A stretch of 64,000 bases of DNA from Pedosphaera sp. (GTDB lineage: Bacteria; Verrucomicrobiota; Verrucomicrobiia; Limisphaerales; SXQI01), in assembly GCA_025359965.1 (NCBI GenBank), contig JANYDC010000119.1, positions 41,945 through 105,944 of the forward strand, written 5' to 3'. Within the stretch, counting starts at the first letter, position 1. Each line of letters starts with the position of its first letter. Positions 11,169 through 22,500 of the stretch are shown in pieces. Below the pieces are notes generated by a model that saw only the letters and a program-made list of their open reading frames with translations, was not told where the DNA came from and searched no databases. Both the position numbers and the translations under genes were made by a program.

Positions 11169-12365
11169 TCAGGTCATCGGGATGATATCGCTAACGCGAC
11201 CAGCACCAATGGTACGGCCACCTTCGCGAATGGCGAAGCGCAGACCTTTTTCCATGGCGACTGGAGCTTGCAGCTCAATGTCCACAGAAACGTTGTCGCC
11301 AGGCATGACCATCTCAACGCCTTCAGGCAAGGTCACTGTGCCGGTGACATCCGAAGTACGGAAATAGAATTGCGGGCGGTATTTGGTGAAGAACGGGGTG
11401 TGACGGCCACCCTCTTCCTTCGACAAAACGTAAACTTCAGCTTTGAACTTCACGTAAGGCTTGATCGAACCAGGTTTGGCCAAGACCATTCCGCGTTCAA
11501 CTTCTTCCTTCTTGGTACCGCGAAGCAGGACGCCGACGTTGTCACCAGCGCTGGCTTTATCCAACAGCTTGCGGAACATTTCGATGTCGGTTGCGGTGGT
11601 CTTGCGGGTGTCCTTAAGACCGACGATTTCGACTTCGGACATCTTGTTCAACTCACCGCGTTCGACACGACCTGTGACGACTGTGCCGCGACCTTCGATA
11701 TTGAACACGTCCTCAATGCACATGAGGAATGGCTTGTCGATTTCGCGAGGAGGAAGAGGAATGTGGGTGTCGATGGCTTCCATCAAGTCAGCAATCGCCT
11801 TCTCTCCTTCTGGCTTGGCTTCGAGGGCCGCCGTGGCAGAACCGCGCACCAAGGCAGCGGTGTCGCCAGGAAATTGATACTTGTTGAGAAGATCACGAAT
11901 TTCCATCTCGACGAGGTCGAGCAGTTCGGGGTCGTCAACCAAGTCAACCTTGTTAAGGAACACGACGATGGCGGGTACGCCCACCTGGCGAGCCAAAAGA
12001 ATGTGCTCACGTGTCTGAGGCATTGGGCCGTCAGCAGCGCTCACTACCAGAATCGCGCCGTCCATCTGCGCGGCACCGGTGATCATGTTTTTAACATAAT
12101 CCGCGTGTCCAGGGCAGTCGACGTGTGCGTAATGGCGTTGAGGGCTCTCGTATTCCACGTGCGAGACTGCGATGGTCACGGTCTTCGTGGAATCACGGAC
12201 AGTACCACCTTTGGTGATATCCGCGTAAGAGATTGGAGTAGCCATCCCGCGGCGTGATTGTACGGCCACAATCGCTGCAGTTAGGGTTGACTTGCCGTGA
12301 TCGACGTGACCAATGGTCCCGACGTTGACGTGCGGTTTTGTACGTTGAAACGCTTCCTTAGCCAT
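11169..12365 (-). CDS. tuf: Elongation factor Tu
   Basis: 398 aa; [20 protein letters not shown], and C-terminal [13 protein letters not shown]. Confidence 0.99.
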   Translation of the reverse strand: MAKEAFQRTKPHVNVGTIGHVDHGKSTLTAAIVAVQSRRGMATPISYADITKGGTVRDSTKTVTIAVSHVEYESPQRHYAHVDCPGHADYVKNMITGAAQMDGAILVVSAADGPMPQTREHILLARQVGVPAIVVFLNKVDLVDDPELLDLVEMEIRDLLNKYQFPGDTAALVRGSATAALEAKPEGEKAIADLMEAIDTHIPLPPREIDKPFLMCIEDVFNIEGRGTVVTGRVERGELNKMSEVEIVGLKDTRKTTATDIEMFRKLLDKASAGDNVGVLLRGTKKEEVERGMVLAKPGSIKPYVKFKAEVYVLSKEEGGRHTPFFTKYRPQFYFRTSDVTGTVTLPEGVEMVMPGDNVSVDIELQAPVAMEKGLRFAIREGGRTIGAGRVSDIIPMT

Positions 12366-12423
12366 TGCGATTCCTGTGTTCTGTTATCTCGTTAAATTGT
12401 CTATCGTGCGGTCAGGTCTGAAC

Positions 12424-12499
12424 TGGAGCCCATGATCGGGTTTGAACCGATGACCTCGTCCTTACCAAGGACGTGCTCTACCAACTGAGCTACATGGGC
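12424..12499 (-). tRNA. tRNA-Thr (anticodon GGT)
   Basis: GCCCATGTAGCTCAGTTGGTAGAGCA-CGTCC-TT-GGT-AA-GGACG..GGTTCAAACCC..CATGGGCTCCA; 76 nt; typical position upstream of tuf. Confidence 0.96.
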
Positions 12500-12613
12500 C
12501 CATTCGTTCGGGGCCAAATCCAACTCCCCTCAAAACGACAAAAATCCACCATCCCACCAAATTTAACACTCAGGGGATGGCGAAACAGTCTGTTCTACCC
12601 GCTGCTTGCGTCG

Positions 12614-12641
12614 AATATAGGGTGGTAATGAGGGGTGTCAA
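12614..12641 (-). promoter_or_regulatory. sigma70-type promoter of the tRNA-Thr-tuf operon
   Basis: TTGACA-16 nt-TATATT on the minus strand, ~115 nt upstream of tRNA-Thr. Confidence 0.7.
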
Positions 12642-12780
12642 TGGTTTTTCTGACAACTTTTACTGCATTCGTCGCGGCCCTGGCTCCGGATTCCAACTTT
12701 GTCTTGAATTCCCCCCAAAATTGACGATCTTCCCATTGCAGCCACTGCATTCGGCTGACAGACGGCCCACGCAAGTTCAA

Positions 12781-13209
12781 ATGCCAAAGAAGAAAACAAC
12801 CAAGTCCGACGCCAAGAAAACGCTCAATCGGCAGCAACAGCGCGATCTTGATGTGGAAATCGGTTTTCTGGAAGGCCTCGTTAAGCGTGATCCGTCTTAT
12901 GTGGATGCCTTACAGTTACTTGGAGACGATTACACTCAAAGGGGCAAATTTCAACAAGGGTTGAAGGTCGACGAAAAGCTGGCTCATATCCGCCCAGAGG
13001 ATCCGATGGTTCAGTACAATCTTGCCTGCAGCTACTCTTTGGTAGGCCAGTACGAGCAATCGGTCAGTGCTTTGCATCTCGCCTTGGACTGCGGATACAA
13101 GGACTTTCGATGGATGGGGGAAGACCCGGACCTAGTTGGCTTGCGTGCCCAGCCTGAGTACAAGCAGATTAAAGCGAAGGTAAAAGCCATCAAAGCCAAA
13201 TTAGCCTGA
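12781..13209 (+). CDS. Tetratricopeptide-repeat protein
   Basis: Likely start MPKKKTTK at 12781; DPSYVDALQLLGDDYT and PEDPMVQYNLACSYSL TPR-like repeats, C-terminal DPDLVGLR. Confidence 0.8.
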   Translation: MPKKKTTKSDAKKTLNRQQQRDLDVEIGFLEGLVKRDPSYVDALQLLGDDYTQRGKFQQGLKVDEKLAHIRPEDPMVQYNLACSYSLVGQYEQSVSALHLALDCGYKDFRWMGEDPDLVGLRAQPEYKQIKAKVKAIKAKLA

Positions 13210-13254
13210 CCCACGGCTGTTTACCTCAGACAAGCCTTGAGGTAAAATCGGGCT

Positions 13255-15312
13255 ATGGACTCAAGCTCACGACCCGCCAATCGTCTGGCTCAGGAAAAAT
13301 CCCCGTACCTGCTTCAACACCAATACAACCCGGTCGATTGGTGGCCCTGGTCCGAAGAGGCTTTTGCCCATGCCAAGAAACTGAATCGACCGGTTATGGT
13401 GAGCATTGGCTACTCGACGTGCCACTGGTGTCATGTGATGGAGCGAGAATCGTTTGAGGATGCCAGTTTGGGCGAATATCTCAACGTTCATTTCGTGTGT
13501 GTCAAAGTTGACCGTGAAGAGCGTCCTGACGTGGATAAGATCTACATGATGGCCGCACAATTCATGGGATCCCAGGGGGGGTGGCCACTGAATGTTTTTG
13601 TCTCCCCTGACCGCAAGCCATTTTTTGCAGGCACCTACTTTCCCCCTGTCCCGAAATACGGCCGCGCAAGCTTTATTCAGGTCCTCAAACAGATTGCCAC
13701 GGTCTGGCAAACACGCCGCGACGAAGTGGATGCCACAGCCCTTGATCTGGTTTCACGCCTCAAAGGCCTGTCAGACAGCGCCAACGAAAGCAATGCCCCA
13801 ACCCCAGACCGCGAGGTACTCGACAACGCCGCCCAAACGTGCAAAACGGAGTACGAGCCCCTGTATGGCGGCTTCGGTGGTGCGCCTAAATTTCCCCGCC
13901 CCTGCCAGCCACGTTTTCTCTTGCGTTACGGGCTGCTGACTCAGGACCGCGAAGCAGTGGAAATGGTCCTCCACACTTGTCGAGCCATGGCGGATGGAGG
14001 CATGCACGATCAGATTGGCGGGGGGTTTGCTCGCTATTCTGTCGACGCAAAATGGCTGGTCCCCCACTTCGAAAAAATGCTTTATGACAATGCCCAATTG
14101 ATAGTGCTCTACACCGAAGCCTATCTGGCCAGCAATGATCCGAGATTCGCCGAAGTGGTGCGTTCAACCGTTCAGTACATTCTGCGGGACATGACCGACA
14201 CTCTCGGCGGTTTTTACTCCGCGGAGGATGCAGACAGCGAAGGAAAGGAAGGAAAATTTTACTGCTGGACTGAGGGCGAACTCAAGTCACTGCTTACGGC
14301 CGATGAAATGGATTTTGCCCGCAATGGACTAGGGGTCACTCAAGATGGAAATTTTGTGGATCACAGCGATCCCAGTCCCCTTCTCCACCAAAATATCCTG
14401 AGCATTATTTTCCCGGCCTTAACTGAAACCAAGGCTGATGTTTTCGCTTCCATTCGGACCAAATTAATGGCCGCGCGGTCGGTGCGTGTTCGGCCACACC
14501 GGGACGATAAAGTCCTCGTTTCGTGGAACGGCATGATGCTTGGTGCTCTCGCCCAAGCAGGCGTTATTTTGAGCGAACCGGGCTGGCTTGAAGCCGCAGA
14601 ACGTAACGCCACTTTTGTTCGCAAAAACCTCTGGAACCCTGACACCAAGCAACTCCACCACAGGTGGCGGGAAGGCCAGCGCGATGACGTTCAACTGCTT
14701 GACGCCTATTGCAACTGGCTGGCTGGACTGATTGATCTCTACGAAGCCACTCTTTCTCCGCAAAGTCTGGAATTTGCTATCGAGGTTGCCGATGCCATGA
14801 TCATCCAATTCCATGACCCAACGAACGGCGGCTTTTATCAAGGGCCCGCCCAAGCGGAGGATCTGATCTTCAGGGTGAAGGACGACTATGACGGAGCCGA
14901 ACCTGCGGGCAATTCAGTGGCCGCGCTGGCGTTGCTACGTCTTGCCGCCATCACAGGGCAAGCCAATTATCGCGAGGTCGCCGTAGGGGTATTCCGGATG
15001 CTCGCCGAACGACTCCACCGACTGCCCCAAGCTGTACCAGTCACTCTGTTGGCCCTGCTTTTTGATGCGGCGCCCTGCACCAAAATTGTTATTGCGTCGG
15101 AGACCCCGAAGAGTGGCGACGACCTGGTGAGAGCGGCCCACTCAGTTTTGCAGCCGCGCCGGGTCATCCTGGGACCCAGTGGCCGCGTTGACTCCATCGC
15201 CAAAGAACTCAAGCCAGTGCAAGGACTGCCAGCCGCCTTTGTCTGCACGGCTACCGAGTGCAGACCACCAGTGACAGCGCCCGCCGAACTGCGCGCCATA
15301 CTCTCAAAGTAA
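13255..15312 (+). CDS. Thioredoxin-domain YyaL/SSP411 (SPATA20-like) protein
   Basis: 685 aa; [56 protein letters not shown]. Confidence 0.93.
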   Translation: MDSSSRPANRLAQEKSPYLLQHQYNPVDWWPWSEEAFAHAKKLNRPVMVSIGYSTCHWCHVMERESFEDASLGEYLNVHFVCVKVDREERPDVDKIYMMAAQFMGSQGGWPLNVFVSPDRKPFFAGTYFPPVPKYGRASFIQVLKQIATVWQTRRDEVDATALDLVSRLKGLSDSANESNAPTPDREVLDNAAQTCKTEYEPLYGGFGGAPKFPRPCQPRFLLRYGLLTQDREAVEMVLHTCRAMADGGMHDQIGGGFARYSVDAKWLVPHFEKMLYDNAQLIVLYTEAYLASNDPRFAEVVRSTVQYILRDMTDTLGGFYSAEDADSEGKEGKFYCWTEGELKSLLTADEMDFARNGLGVTQDGNFVDHSDPSPLLHQNILSIIFPALTETKADVFASIRTKLMAARSVRVRPHRDDKVLVSWNGMMLGALAQAGVILSEPGWLEAAERNATFVRKNLWNPDTKQLHHRWREGQRDDVQLLDAYCNWLAGLIDLYEATLSPQSLEFAIEVADAMIIQFHDPTNGGFYQGPAQAEDLIFRVKDDYDGAEPAGNSVAALALLRLAAITGQANYREVAVGVFRMLAERLHRLPQAVPVTLLALLFDAAPCTKIVIASETPKSGDDLVRAAHSVLQPRRVILGPSGRVDSIAKELKPVQGLPAAFVCTATECRPPVTAPAELRAILSK

Positions 15313-15323
15313 TGGTCGCACGA

Positions 15324-15357
15324 AAAAGCGCACCCGGAGATATCCGGATGCGCTTTT
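15324..15357. terminator. Bidirectional intrinsic terminator
   Basis: AAAAGCGCACCCGGA-GATA-TCCGGATGCGCTTTT between convergent genes. Confidence 0.8.
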
Positions 15358-15374
15358 GACTGACTGAAAAAAAA

Positions 15375-16460
15375 TTAACGCTGGATGCGGGCGCTGCCGC
15401 CCTTCATCACGTGCATCACTTCGTCCAGAGTCACCTGCGAGGTGTCGCCGCGGGTGGTTTGCAGCATGGCTCCGTGCGCCGCACCAAAGTCCACCACGTC
15501 CTGAGGTTTCATACCAGTGGCAAAACCATAGGCGATGCCACTGGAGAAGCCGTCGCCGCCGCCCACGCGATCTTCAATTTCCAGATCCTTGAACTGGCGG
15601 GCCTCGTAAAACTGTCCGTCATAGTAAAGGATGCCGCCCCAGTTGTTGATCAACCCGCTTTTCACTTCGCGCAAGGTAGTGCAGACCGCCTTGATGTGGG
15701 GGTAAGCCTTCACCACGCGCTCCACCATCCGCTTGTAATTTTCAACGGGCAATTCTTTCAGGTTCGCATCAGTTCCTTCAACCTCAAAACCAAGCACCTT
15801 TTGAAAATCCTCCTCATTGCCGATCAGCACCTGGACGTCGTTGATGATTTCCTTGGTGGTCGCGATGGCCTTTTCACTGCTCCAAAGTTTCGAGCGAAAG
15901 TTCAGGTCATAACTAGTGATCGTGCCAGCCGCGTTTGCTGCTTTCAGGGCCGTCTTGACCGTGGCGGCGCAATCACTGGACAACGATGTAAAAATACCGC
16001 CGGTATGCAACCAACGGCAGCCGTCTTGGGCGAAAACCTTGTTCCAGTCGACATCCGTCGGTTTCATCTGGCTGGCCGAGGAATTGCCGCGGTCATACAT
16101 GGTCACGCTGCCGCGGACGCCGGTGCCGACTTCGGTGAAATTAAGTCCCACACGATTGGCGCGACCCACGCCATCAAATTTCTCCATCACGACAGTCGAT
16201 GTGTCCACACCCACGGAACGCGCGTGGTTGAGGACGATCCGGGCCACGTAATTATCCGGCAGCTTGCTGATAAAACCAGTGCGCAGCCCCAGGCGGGAGC
16301 AGGCATAAGCCACGTTGAACTCTCCCCCGCCCACATCAACTTCCATGGTTTTGGAAAACTCTATCCGGCCGTGTCCGGGAGGCGAAAGACGGACCATGCA
16401 CTCGCCCAAGGCCATCACGTCGTATTTACACTGAGCAGCATCGCGTACTTTAATTGGCAT
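15375..16460 (-). CDS. kdgK: PfkB-family sugar kinase (2-keto-3-deoxygluconate kinase-like)
   Basis: 361 aa; GGGEFNVA, SYDLNFRSKLW, GNEEDF, and DRVGGGDGF PfkB signature. Confidence 0.8.
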   Translation of the reverse strand: MPIKVRDAAQCKYDVMALGECMVRLSPPGHGRIEFSKTMEVDVGGGEFNVAYACSRLGLRTGFISKLPDNYVARIVLNHARSVGVDTSTVVMEKFDGVGRANRVGLNFTEVGTGVRGSVTMYDRGNSSASQMKPTDVDWNKVFAQDGCRWLHTGGIFTSLSSDCAATVKTALKAANAAGTITSYDLNFRSKLWSSEKAIATTKEIINDVQVLIGNEEDFQKVLGFEVEGTDANLKELPVENYKRMVERVVKAYPHIKAVCTTLREVKSGLINNWGGILYYDGQFYEARQFKDLEIEDRVGGGDGFSSGIAYGFATGMKPQDVVDFGAAHGAMLQTTRGDTSQVTLDEVMHVMKGGSARIQR

Positions 16461-16608
16461 AAATGATCAATTGGTCCGTTTGTTGGATTCTTGGGGAAAA
16501 CACATTCCCGACGCAATCCGTCCGAACACTTGATCGCGTAAAATTGGACAAACCTTCTTTTCTGTCAATCCCAGACCCGCCAATGCCCTCGCTTGGAAAC
16601 GCCAAGTG

Positions 16609-17157
16609 TCACGGCGGGAGTATTTGAAATACAGCCCAATTTGAGTCAAGTCTGCCCGACCAGGTATCCGAAACTTCCTGATAAATGATTCTAAAATAAA
16701 AGCTGCCAGGATTCTCCAAACTGAACAGTGCGAGCAGGTCCTCAGGACCGTCCACAGCAACGGATTCACCCGGTGCCAAGATTACCGGCAGATTTTTGCG
16801 GCGAGGGCCTGCTGGAGCAAACAATGCTGTGGCTTCCTTGCCCCGGGCGGTCATGGTCACTTCTCTCCCCTGCGCATTTTTGAGTTCAAGACGGTGATTC
16901 GGATAAAAACCACACTGCCAAATGGTGATGTTGGTCTTTGTGGTGTTTTGGATTTGATACAAAGGGGAAATGAGTTCGCCTGCCTTGTAGGCGCTTTTGG
17001 GAAAAGACACCACCGCCTTCAAACCATCAACCAAAGAACCCGATGCTGATACTTTAGGTTTTACCCCAGCAGAAGAAATATACACAAAAAAAACAAACAA
17101 TAAGGCAAAACTCCAAACGAAAAACGGCGTTTTCTTAAGAGTGTTGAAAGCATTCAT
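16609..17157 (-). CDS. Hypothetical exported/membrane-anchored protein
   Basis: Likely start MNAFNTLKK (17157); N-terminal hydrophobic helix followed by a beta-rich domain; no family recognised. Confidence 0.6.
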   Translation of the reverse strand: MNAFNTLKKTPFFVWSFALLFVFFVYISSAGVKPKVSASGSLVDGLKAVVSFPKSAYKAGELISPLYQIQNTTKTNITIWQCGFYPNHRLELKNAQGREVTMTARGKEATALFAPAGPRRKNLPVILAPGESVAVDGPEDLLALFSLENPGSFYFRIIYQEVSDTWSGRLDSNWAVFQILPP

Positions 17158-17261
17158 ACCAATCCTGTCGAAGAACCTGAGATGAACCATAAATCGACCG
17201 GCAAATAAGGCGGCGGGATGGAACCTCCGCCCGTAATAGTCGAGGTGCAACAAATACTCAA

Positions 17262-18098
17262 TTATGTTGCAGGAGTAGGCTTCCGCATTCTCGCCGCAAA
17301 GAAAATGAAGGCAACTCCCAGACCTGTCGCGATGAAAGCGTTTCCTTCAGGCACGCAGGCTGTCAAATTACAATCCATCATGGCCACATAATTGGGGAAC
17401 CCCCCTCCGCCCGCGTTTCCCATCGCAGTGTTGATTAGATCAACCATGCCCTTGTCCACCACGCCTGAAACGGTGGCCACAGAAGATTCCCCTTTCGCGG
17501 AGTCGGATTTATTGTCGTACGTCCAATCAAACCAGCCGAGCACACAGAAATCAGTCTTCTTGATTGTTGGGTCGGTGACGTTCTCCAATACGAGAAATGT
17601 CATGAAATCAATCTGGCTGTTCTTCGTTCCGTCACTAGGCCGATCGACAAAGCGTGATGCGACGCCGTCCTCCCTGATCTTAACGCCGTCGAAAACGCCC
17701 GCCTTGTACTCCTTGCCGTTAAAATACCAAGGTATATTGTCCTCTTTAGGGCCGGGTTGGGGATCAATTGCCGGGAGTTTACCAACCACTGGATCGTTGG
17801 CCTGCGCAGCTCCGTTGAGCGTGTATTTGACTTCAACGTTGAGCCACTGGAAATTGTACCAGTCGTCTAAAAAGGCAAAATTTTTGTCGAATAGGAATTC
17901 ACCAGTGACTCGCGCCGGTTTGGTGATGTCAGGAATGGATGCGTCAATCGTGCCAATAGGCTTTGTGACGCCGTTGATTTTCGCCGAAATGGTGACCGCA
18001 CCCACTTGGAGCGGAAGCCACGCTACCAAAAACGCCAGCGCCCAGAGGCGTCGCGACATTGACAGGGTTCTTAATCGGTATGAAGGAGAGAGTTTCAT
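17262..18098 (-). CDS. PEP-CTERM-type sorted surface protein
   Basis: Signal peptide (..PLQVGA); C-terminal VPEG motif, hydrophobic helix and basic tail RMRK. Confidence 0.8.
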   Translation of the reverse strand: MKLSPSYRLRTLSMSRRLWALAFLVAWLPLQVGAVTISAKINGVTKPIGTIDASIPDITKPARVTGEFLFDKNFAFLDDWYNFQWLNVEVKYTLNGAAQANDPVVGKLPAIDPQPGPKEDNIPWYFNGKEYKAGVFDGVKIREDGVASRFVDRPSDGTKNSQIDFMTFLVLENVTDPTIKKTDFCVLGWFDWTYDNKSDSAKGESSVATVSGVVDKGMVDLINTAMGNAGGGGFPNYVAMMDCNLTACVPEGNAFIATGLGVAFIFFAARMRKPTPAT

Positions 18099-18343
18099 GA
18101 TTTTTCTTGGGCTATTATTTTGGTGTTAAACAGGTTACACAACCTCTCCGTTCCCGTATTCGCGCAAACGACGAATCTAATCCAAGCAAACCTCAAATCC
18201 CCCATCAACCGACAGGGCGGCACCGCAACGCCCAATCAGGGGAATCCTCGACACCTTGGAACCGAGGCGGATTGGAAATGCAAATCAGTCGATCTACTAA
18301 TGAAACACTATCGAATGTCAAGCCCGGAAGAATCAATTCCTGT

Positions 18344-19516
18344 TTATTTTCCCATCAGTCTCACCCTCACGCCGCTGACAAGAGAGTCCGCTGGATTGAT
18401 CACCACCGATTCGCTCGCTTCCACCCCCCCAACAATCTCAATGGTCTGCCCAAAATCACGGCCCACTTTGACCAGACGAAGCTCCAATTGATTGCCACCT
18501 TTCACCACAGCCACAGTGGGACCCTCAGGGCGATACATGAGACAATTTGCGGGAAGCGCCAATCGCCCCTCCAGCTGGGCCTGAGGGAACCGCACTTGGG
18601 CAAAGCTGCCCGCCAGCAGCTTTCCATTCTTGTTATCCAATTCCAATTCCACCTGCCTCGTTCTCGAGTCGGCGTCTATGCTGCCCGATTCCCGGCGTAC
18701 CTCGCCCAGAAAAGCACGCCCGGGAAACTCCTGAAAAAACACCTCCGCCCTTGTCCCTATGCCCACATCACGCGCCAGACTTTGTGGCACCGCTATGGAA
18801 ACTCTCAATGTCTTCGTTTGTGCAAGCCGGAAAAGTTCCTTGGGAGTGTCCGGATTTATTAACTCGCCCATCTCCACCCTTCTCATGGTGATTGAACCCG
18901 CGAAAGGAGCCGTCATTTTGGAGAAAGCGGTCAGCTCTTCCAACCGGCGCACGTTGGCCGTGGCGGAAAGCACCGCCGCCTGTCTCAAGGATTCCTCTGC
19001 CACTTTCTCTGACGTCTCCTGCTCGCTGACCGTTGAAGTCTTGAGCAGATCGCGCCAGCGTGCTGCCGTGGCGACCGCCAACCTCAATGTTGCTTCAGTC
19101 TGTCGCAACTGGGCACGGGCTTGGGCCAACTCCTGATCCACCTCGGGAGTCTCAATCTCAAGAAGAACCTGTCCCGCCTCCACCTCCGCACCCAAGTCCA
19201 CGTTGTACCTCTTCACGTAACCCCGGGCTCGCGCATGGAGTGACACCTCCTGAAAAGGGCGAACCTCTGCCGAAAGCATAAGCCCCTCCTGGCCCACGGC
19301 CGGAAACGCGTTGGTGACTTTCACGGTCGGAATCGACAAAGCCACCGTCACTCGGCGCACCTCCGATTGTGCGCGCCAGCGTGGCAGGTAACCTGCCACA
19401 GCCAATATCCCCAATACAAGGCCGGTGAAAACAACAATCAACCACCATTTTTTCCGGCTGACGCCTATCCGCTCATCATCCACCGCAGGCTGCGGTTGGA
19501 CCGCTTCATTATGCAT
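18344..19516 (-). CDS. RND efflux periplasmic adaptor (membrane fusion protein)
   Basis: Start MHNEAVQ at 19516 overlapping the permease stop; N-terminal TM helix, ARARGYV..VDLGAEVEAGQVLLEIETPEVDQ, APFAGSIT. Confidence 0.92.
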   Translation of the reverse strand: MHNEAVQPQPAVDDERIGVSRKKWWLIVVFTGLVLGILAVAGYLPRWRAQSEVRRVTVALSIPTVKVTNAFPAVGQEGLMLSAEVRPFQEVSLHARARGYVKRYNVDLGAEVEAGQVLLEIETPEVDQELAQARAQLRQTEATLRLAVATAARWRDLLKTSTVSEQETSEKVAEESLRQAAVLSATANVRRLEELTAFSKMTAPFAGSITMRRVEMGELINPDTPKELFRLAQTKTLRVSIAVPQSLARDVGIGTRAEVFFQEFPGRAFLGEVRRESGSIDADSRTRQVELELDNKNGKLLAGSFAQVRFPQAQLEGRLALPANCLMYRPEGPTVAVVKGGNQLELRLVKVGRDFGQTIEIVGGVEASESVVINPADSLVSGVRVRLMGK

Positions 19517-22500
19517 GTTCAACTCCTCCCTCAAAATCCTTGGGTTTCGTGTGACGGTGGACCAGACTAAAGACCACCGGCACAAAAAGTAGAGTGGCAA
19601 GGGTGGCAACCGCCAACCCGCCAATCACCGCCCTGCCCAACGGCGCATTCTGTTCACCACCTTCACCGAGTCCCAGACTCATGGGCAACATCCCGATCAC
19701 CATCGCCAGCGCCGTCATGACCACCGGTCGCAATCGGCTTGTTCCCGACGTCCACGCCGCCTTGATCGGATCTAGACCCTCGTTCAAACTCGTCCGGGCA
19801 AAGCTTACCACCAACACAGCATTCGCCGTGGCCACGCCAAGACTCATAATCGCACCCATCAAGGCCGGCACACTCACCGTCGTGCCCGTCAGATGAAGTG
19901 CCCAAACCACCCCTGCCAGCGCTCCCGGCAAAGCCATGATGATCACAAACGGATCAAGCCAGCTTTGAAAATTTATCACCAACAACAAGTAAACCAGCAC
20001 CATAGCCATGGCCAAGCCCCCCAAGAGCCCTACAAAGCTCGAGTTCATCGTCTCGACCTGGCCTCGCACCATAATAGTTGTTCCACGAGGCAGATTTTGT
20101 TTTGTTTCCTCAACTATCGGCATGATTTCATTCATTAGTCCGCCCAAATCACGACCGCTCACCCCGCCAAAAACATCGATTACCGGCTGCACATTATAGT
20201 GCGAAATGACAGGAGCGCCGTTCGTACGCACCATCACGGCCAAATTGGCCAACACTTGGTCGGTAGATCCCGGGTTGTTAACCGGAATTGAATTCAAGGC
20301 CGCCAGGGAATCCATTTCACGTTCGGGCGACCGCACATTGATCAAATACTGGATGCCTACCTTCGGATTGAGCCAGTAACCGGGTTGGACCTGGCCGCTT
20401 CCGCTTAGGCTCAGGAGGACCGAGTTTGCCACATCTCTTTCGGACAAGCCAACCTCGGAGGCCTTGGTGCGATCCACCGAAAAACGCAACCTAGGGAGGT
20501 CCGCCGGTTGTTGCACCCGAACATCCACAGCACCGGGAACATGCCGGATTTTTTCAGCCAACTGATAGGCAATTTGGCGATTCTTCGACTGGTCACGCCC
20601 GACTATTTGAATGTCGAACGGCGCCGGCAACCCAAAGTTCAAAGTCTGGCTGACGATATCCGCCGGCAGAAAATAGAACATCGTCCCCGGAAACTCCTGA
20701 TTCAATCGCGTTCGCAACCTTCGAATATGGTCCTCCGTTGGGCTATGATTCGGGTGCATCGAAACAAGAACGTCGGCGTCACCCACTCCGATCAATCCGC
20801 TGTTGCTATAGCTCAGGCTGATCCCCGAGGTCGGAATCCCTATGTTGTCCAAAATTCCCTCCATTTCCTCCGCTGGAATTTCCTCGCGGATGACTTTCTC
20901 CACCTCATCCACAAGCCGCAACGTTTCCTCAATGCGCGTGCCGCTCTTCGCCCGCAGATGCAGCCGAATTTGGCCCGCGTCCACCGTCGGGAAAAAATCG
21001 CGTCCCAAGCCTGGGATTAAAAGGCAGGTCGCAAGACATGCTCCCAGGAACAGCGCCGCAAACAGCTTCCGGCGGTGCAAAACCGTGGACAGTACCCCCC
21101 CGTACCAGGTTTTCATGCTCGCAAAGCCGTCTTCAAAACGGCCTTGAATTGTCCCAAAAAACCCGCTGCCAGCCAAGGGATGAAGGGTCCCCGATTGCAT
21201 CGTCTTGAGAAATTGGCTTCCCCGATAGAACCACATCACCATGGTTGGAATCAGAGTTCGCGAAAGCACGTAGCTCGCAAGCATGGCAAACACCACGGCC
21301 TCGGCCAGCGGTACAAACAAATATCGCGAAACACCACTCAAAAAGAACATGGGCACAAACACAATGCAGATGCAAAGCGTCGATACAAAAGCCGGCACAG
21401 CAATTTCCTGCGCGCCATCCAAAATCGACTGCTCCAAAGGCTTGCCCAGCGCCATTTGGCGGTGCACATTCTCGATTTCCACCGTGGCGTCATCCACCAG
21501 AATCCCCACCGCCAAGGCCAATCCGCCCAAAGTCATCAAATTAATTGTTTCGCCCAACGCGCTTAGAATGGCAATAGAACTCAAAACAGAAAGGGGAATG
21601 GACAGCGCGATAATCACCGTGCTGCGCCACGAGCCAATAAAAAGCAGGATCATCAAAGCCGTAAGCCCGGCTGCGATTACTCCCTCCTTAACCACTCCGC
21701 CCACAGCCGCCTTCACAAATAGCGATTGGTCTGCAAATTCCGTAAGCTCAAGCTCCGGAGGGAGAGTCTTCAACAAGGGAACCATGGCCTCCTTAATTCG
21801 CGTCACCACGTTGAGTGTCGAAGCCGAGCCGTTCTTAAGGATGGTCAAAAGAGCCCCACGCTGACCATTCTGCCGGACCGCATTCACCTGCGGCTGATAG
21901 CCATCCCGCACGTGGGCCACATCCCGCACAAACACCGTCGCACCATTCGCCGTTCGCACCGGCAGGTCGTTTAATTCCTCAAGCACCCGCGGGCTAGCAT
22001 TCATTTCCACGTCGTATTCCTGCGTCCCAATCTTGGCCGTGCCGCTCGGCAGGATTAGGTTCTGCGCATTGATGGAATTGACCACATCCTGCGCGGTAAG
22101 ATTGTGAGACTGAAGCGCCCGCAAATCCAAATCCACCGATACCAGACGCGTTTTCCCTCCGTACGGCCAGGGAATCGATGCCCCTTGAACGGTCGATAAC
22201 CCCACACGTATTTGATTTTGGCTCAAGTCATACAACTCCTGCTCCTCCAAGGTTTTGCTGCCCACTCCGTACTGCAAAATCGGGACCGTCGAAGCGTTGT
22301 AACGAATGACCAGCGGCGGCGTTTGGCCCGGCGGCATCTGGCGAAGAATTGTTTGGGCGATGGCCGTAATCTGCGCCACACCAGCATCCACCGACGCCCC
22401 CGGCCGCAGGAAAACCTTGATCACCCCCACCCCGTTGTACGCATTGGCCTCGGTATGCTCGATATCGTTGACCGTCGCGCTGAGGGATCGTTCGTGATTG

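Noticed and set aside
11118-12257. 379-aa plus-strand ORF
   Set aside because: Antisense shadow of tuf caused by strong codon bias.
12577-12780. N-terminal extension of the TPR ORF
   Set aside because: Overlaps the tuf operon promoter; the ATG at 12781 gives a more plausible protein.
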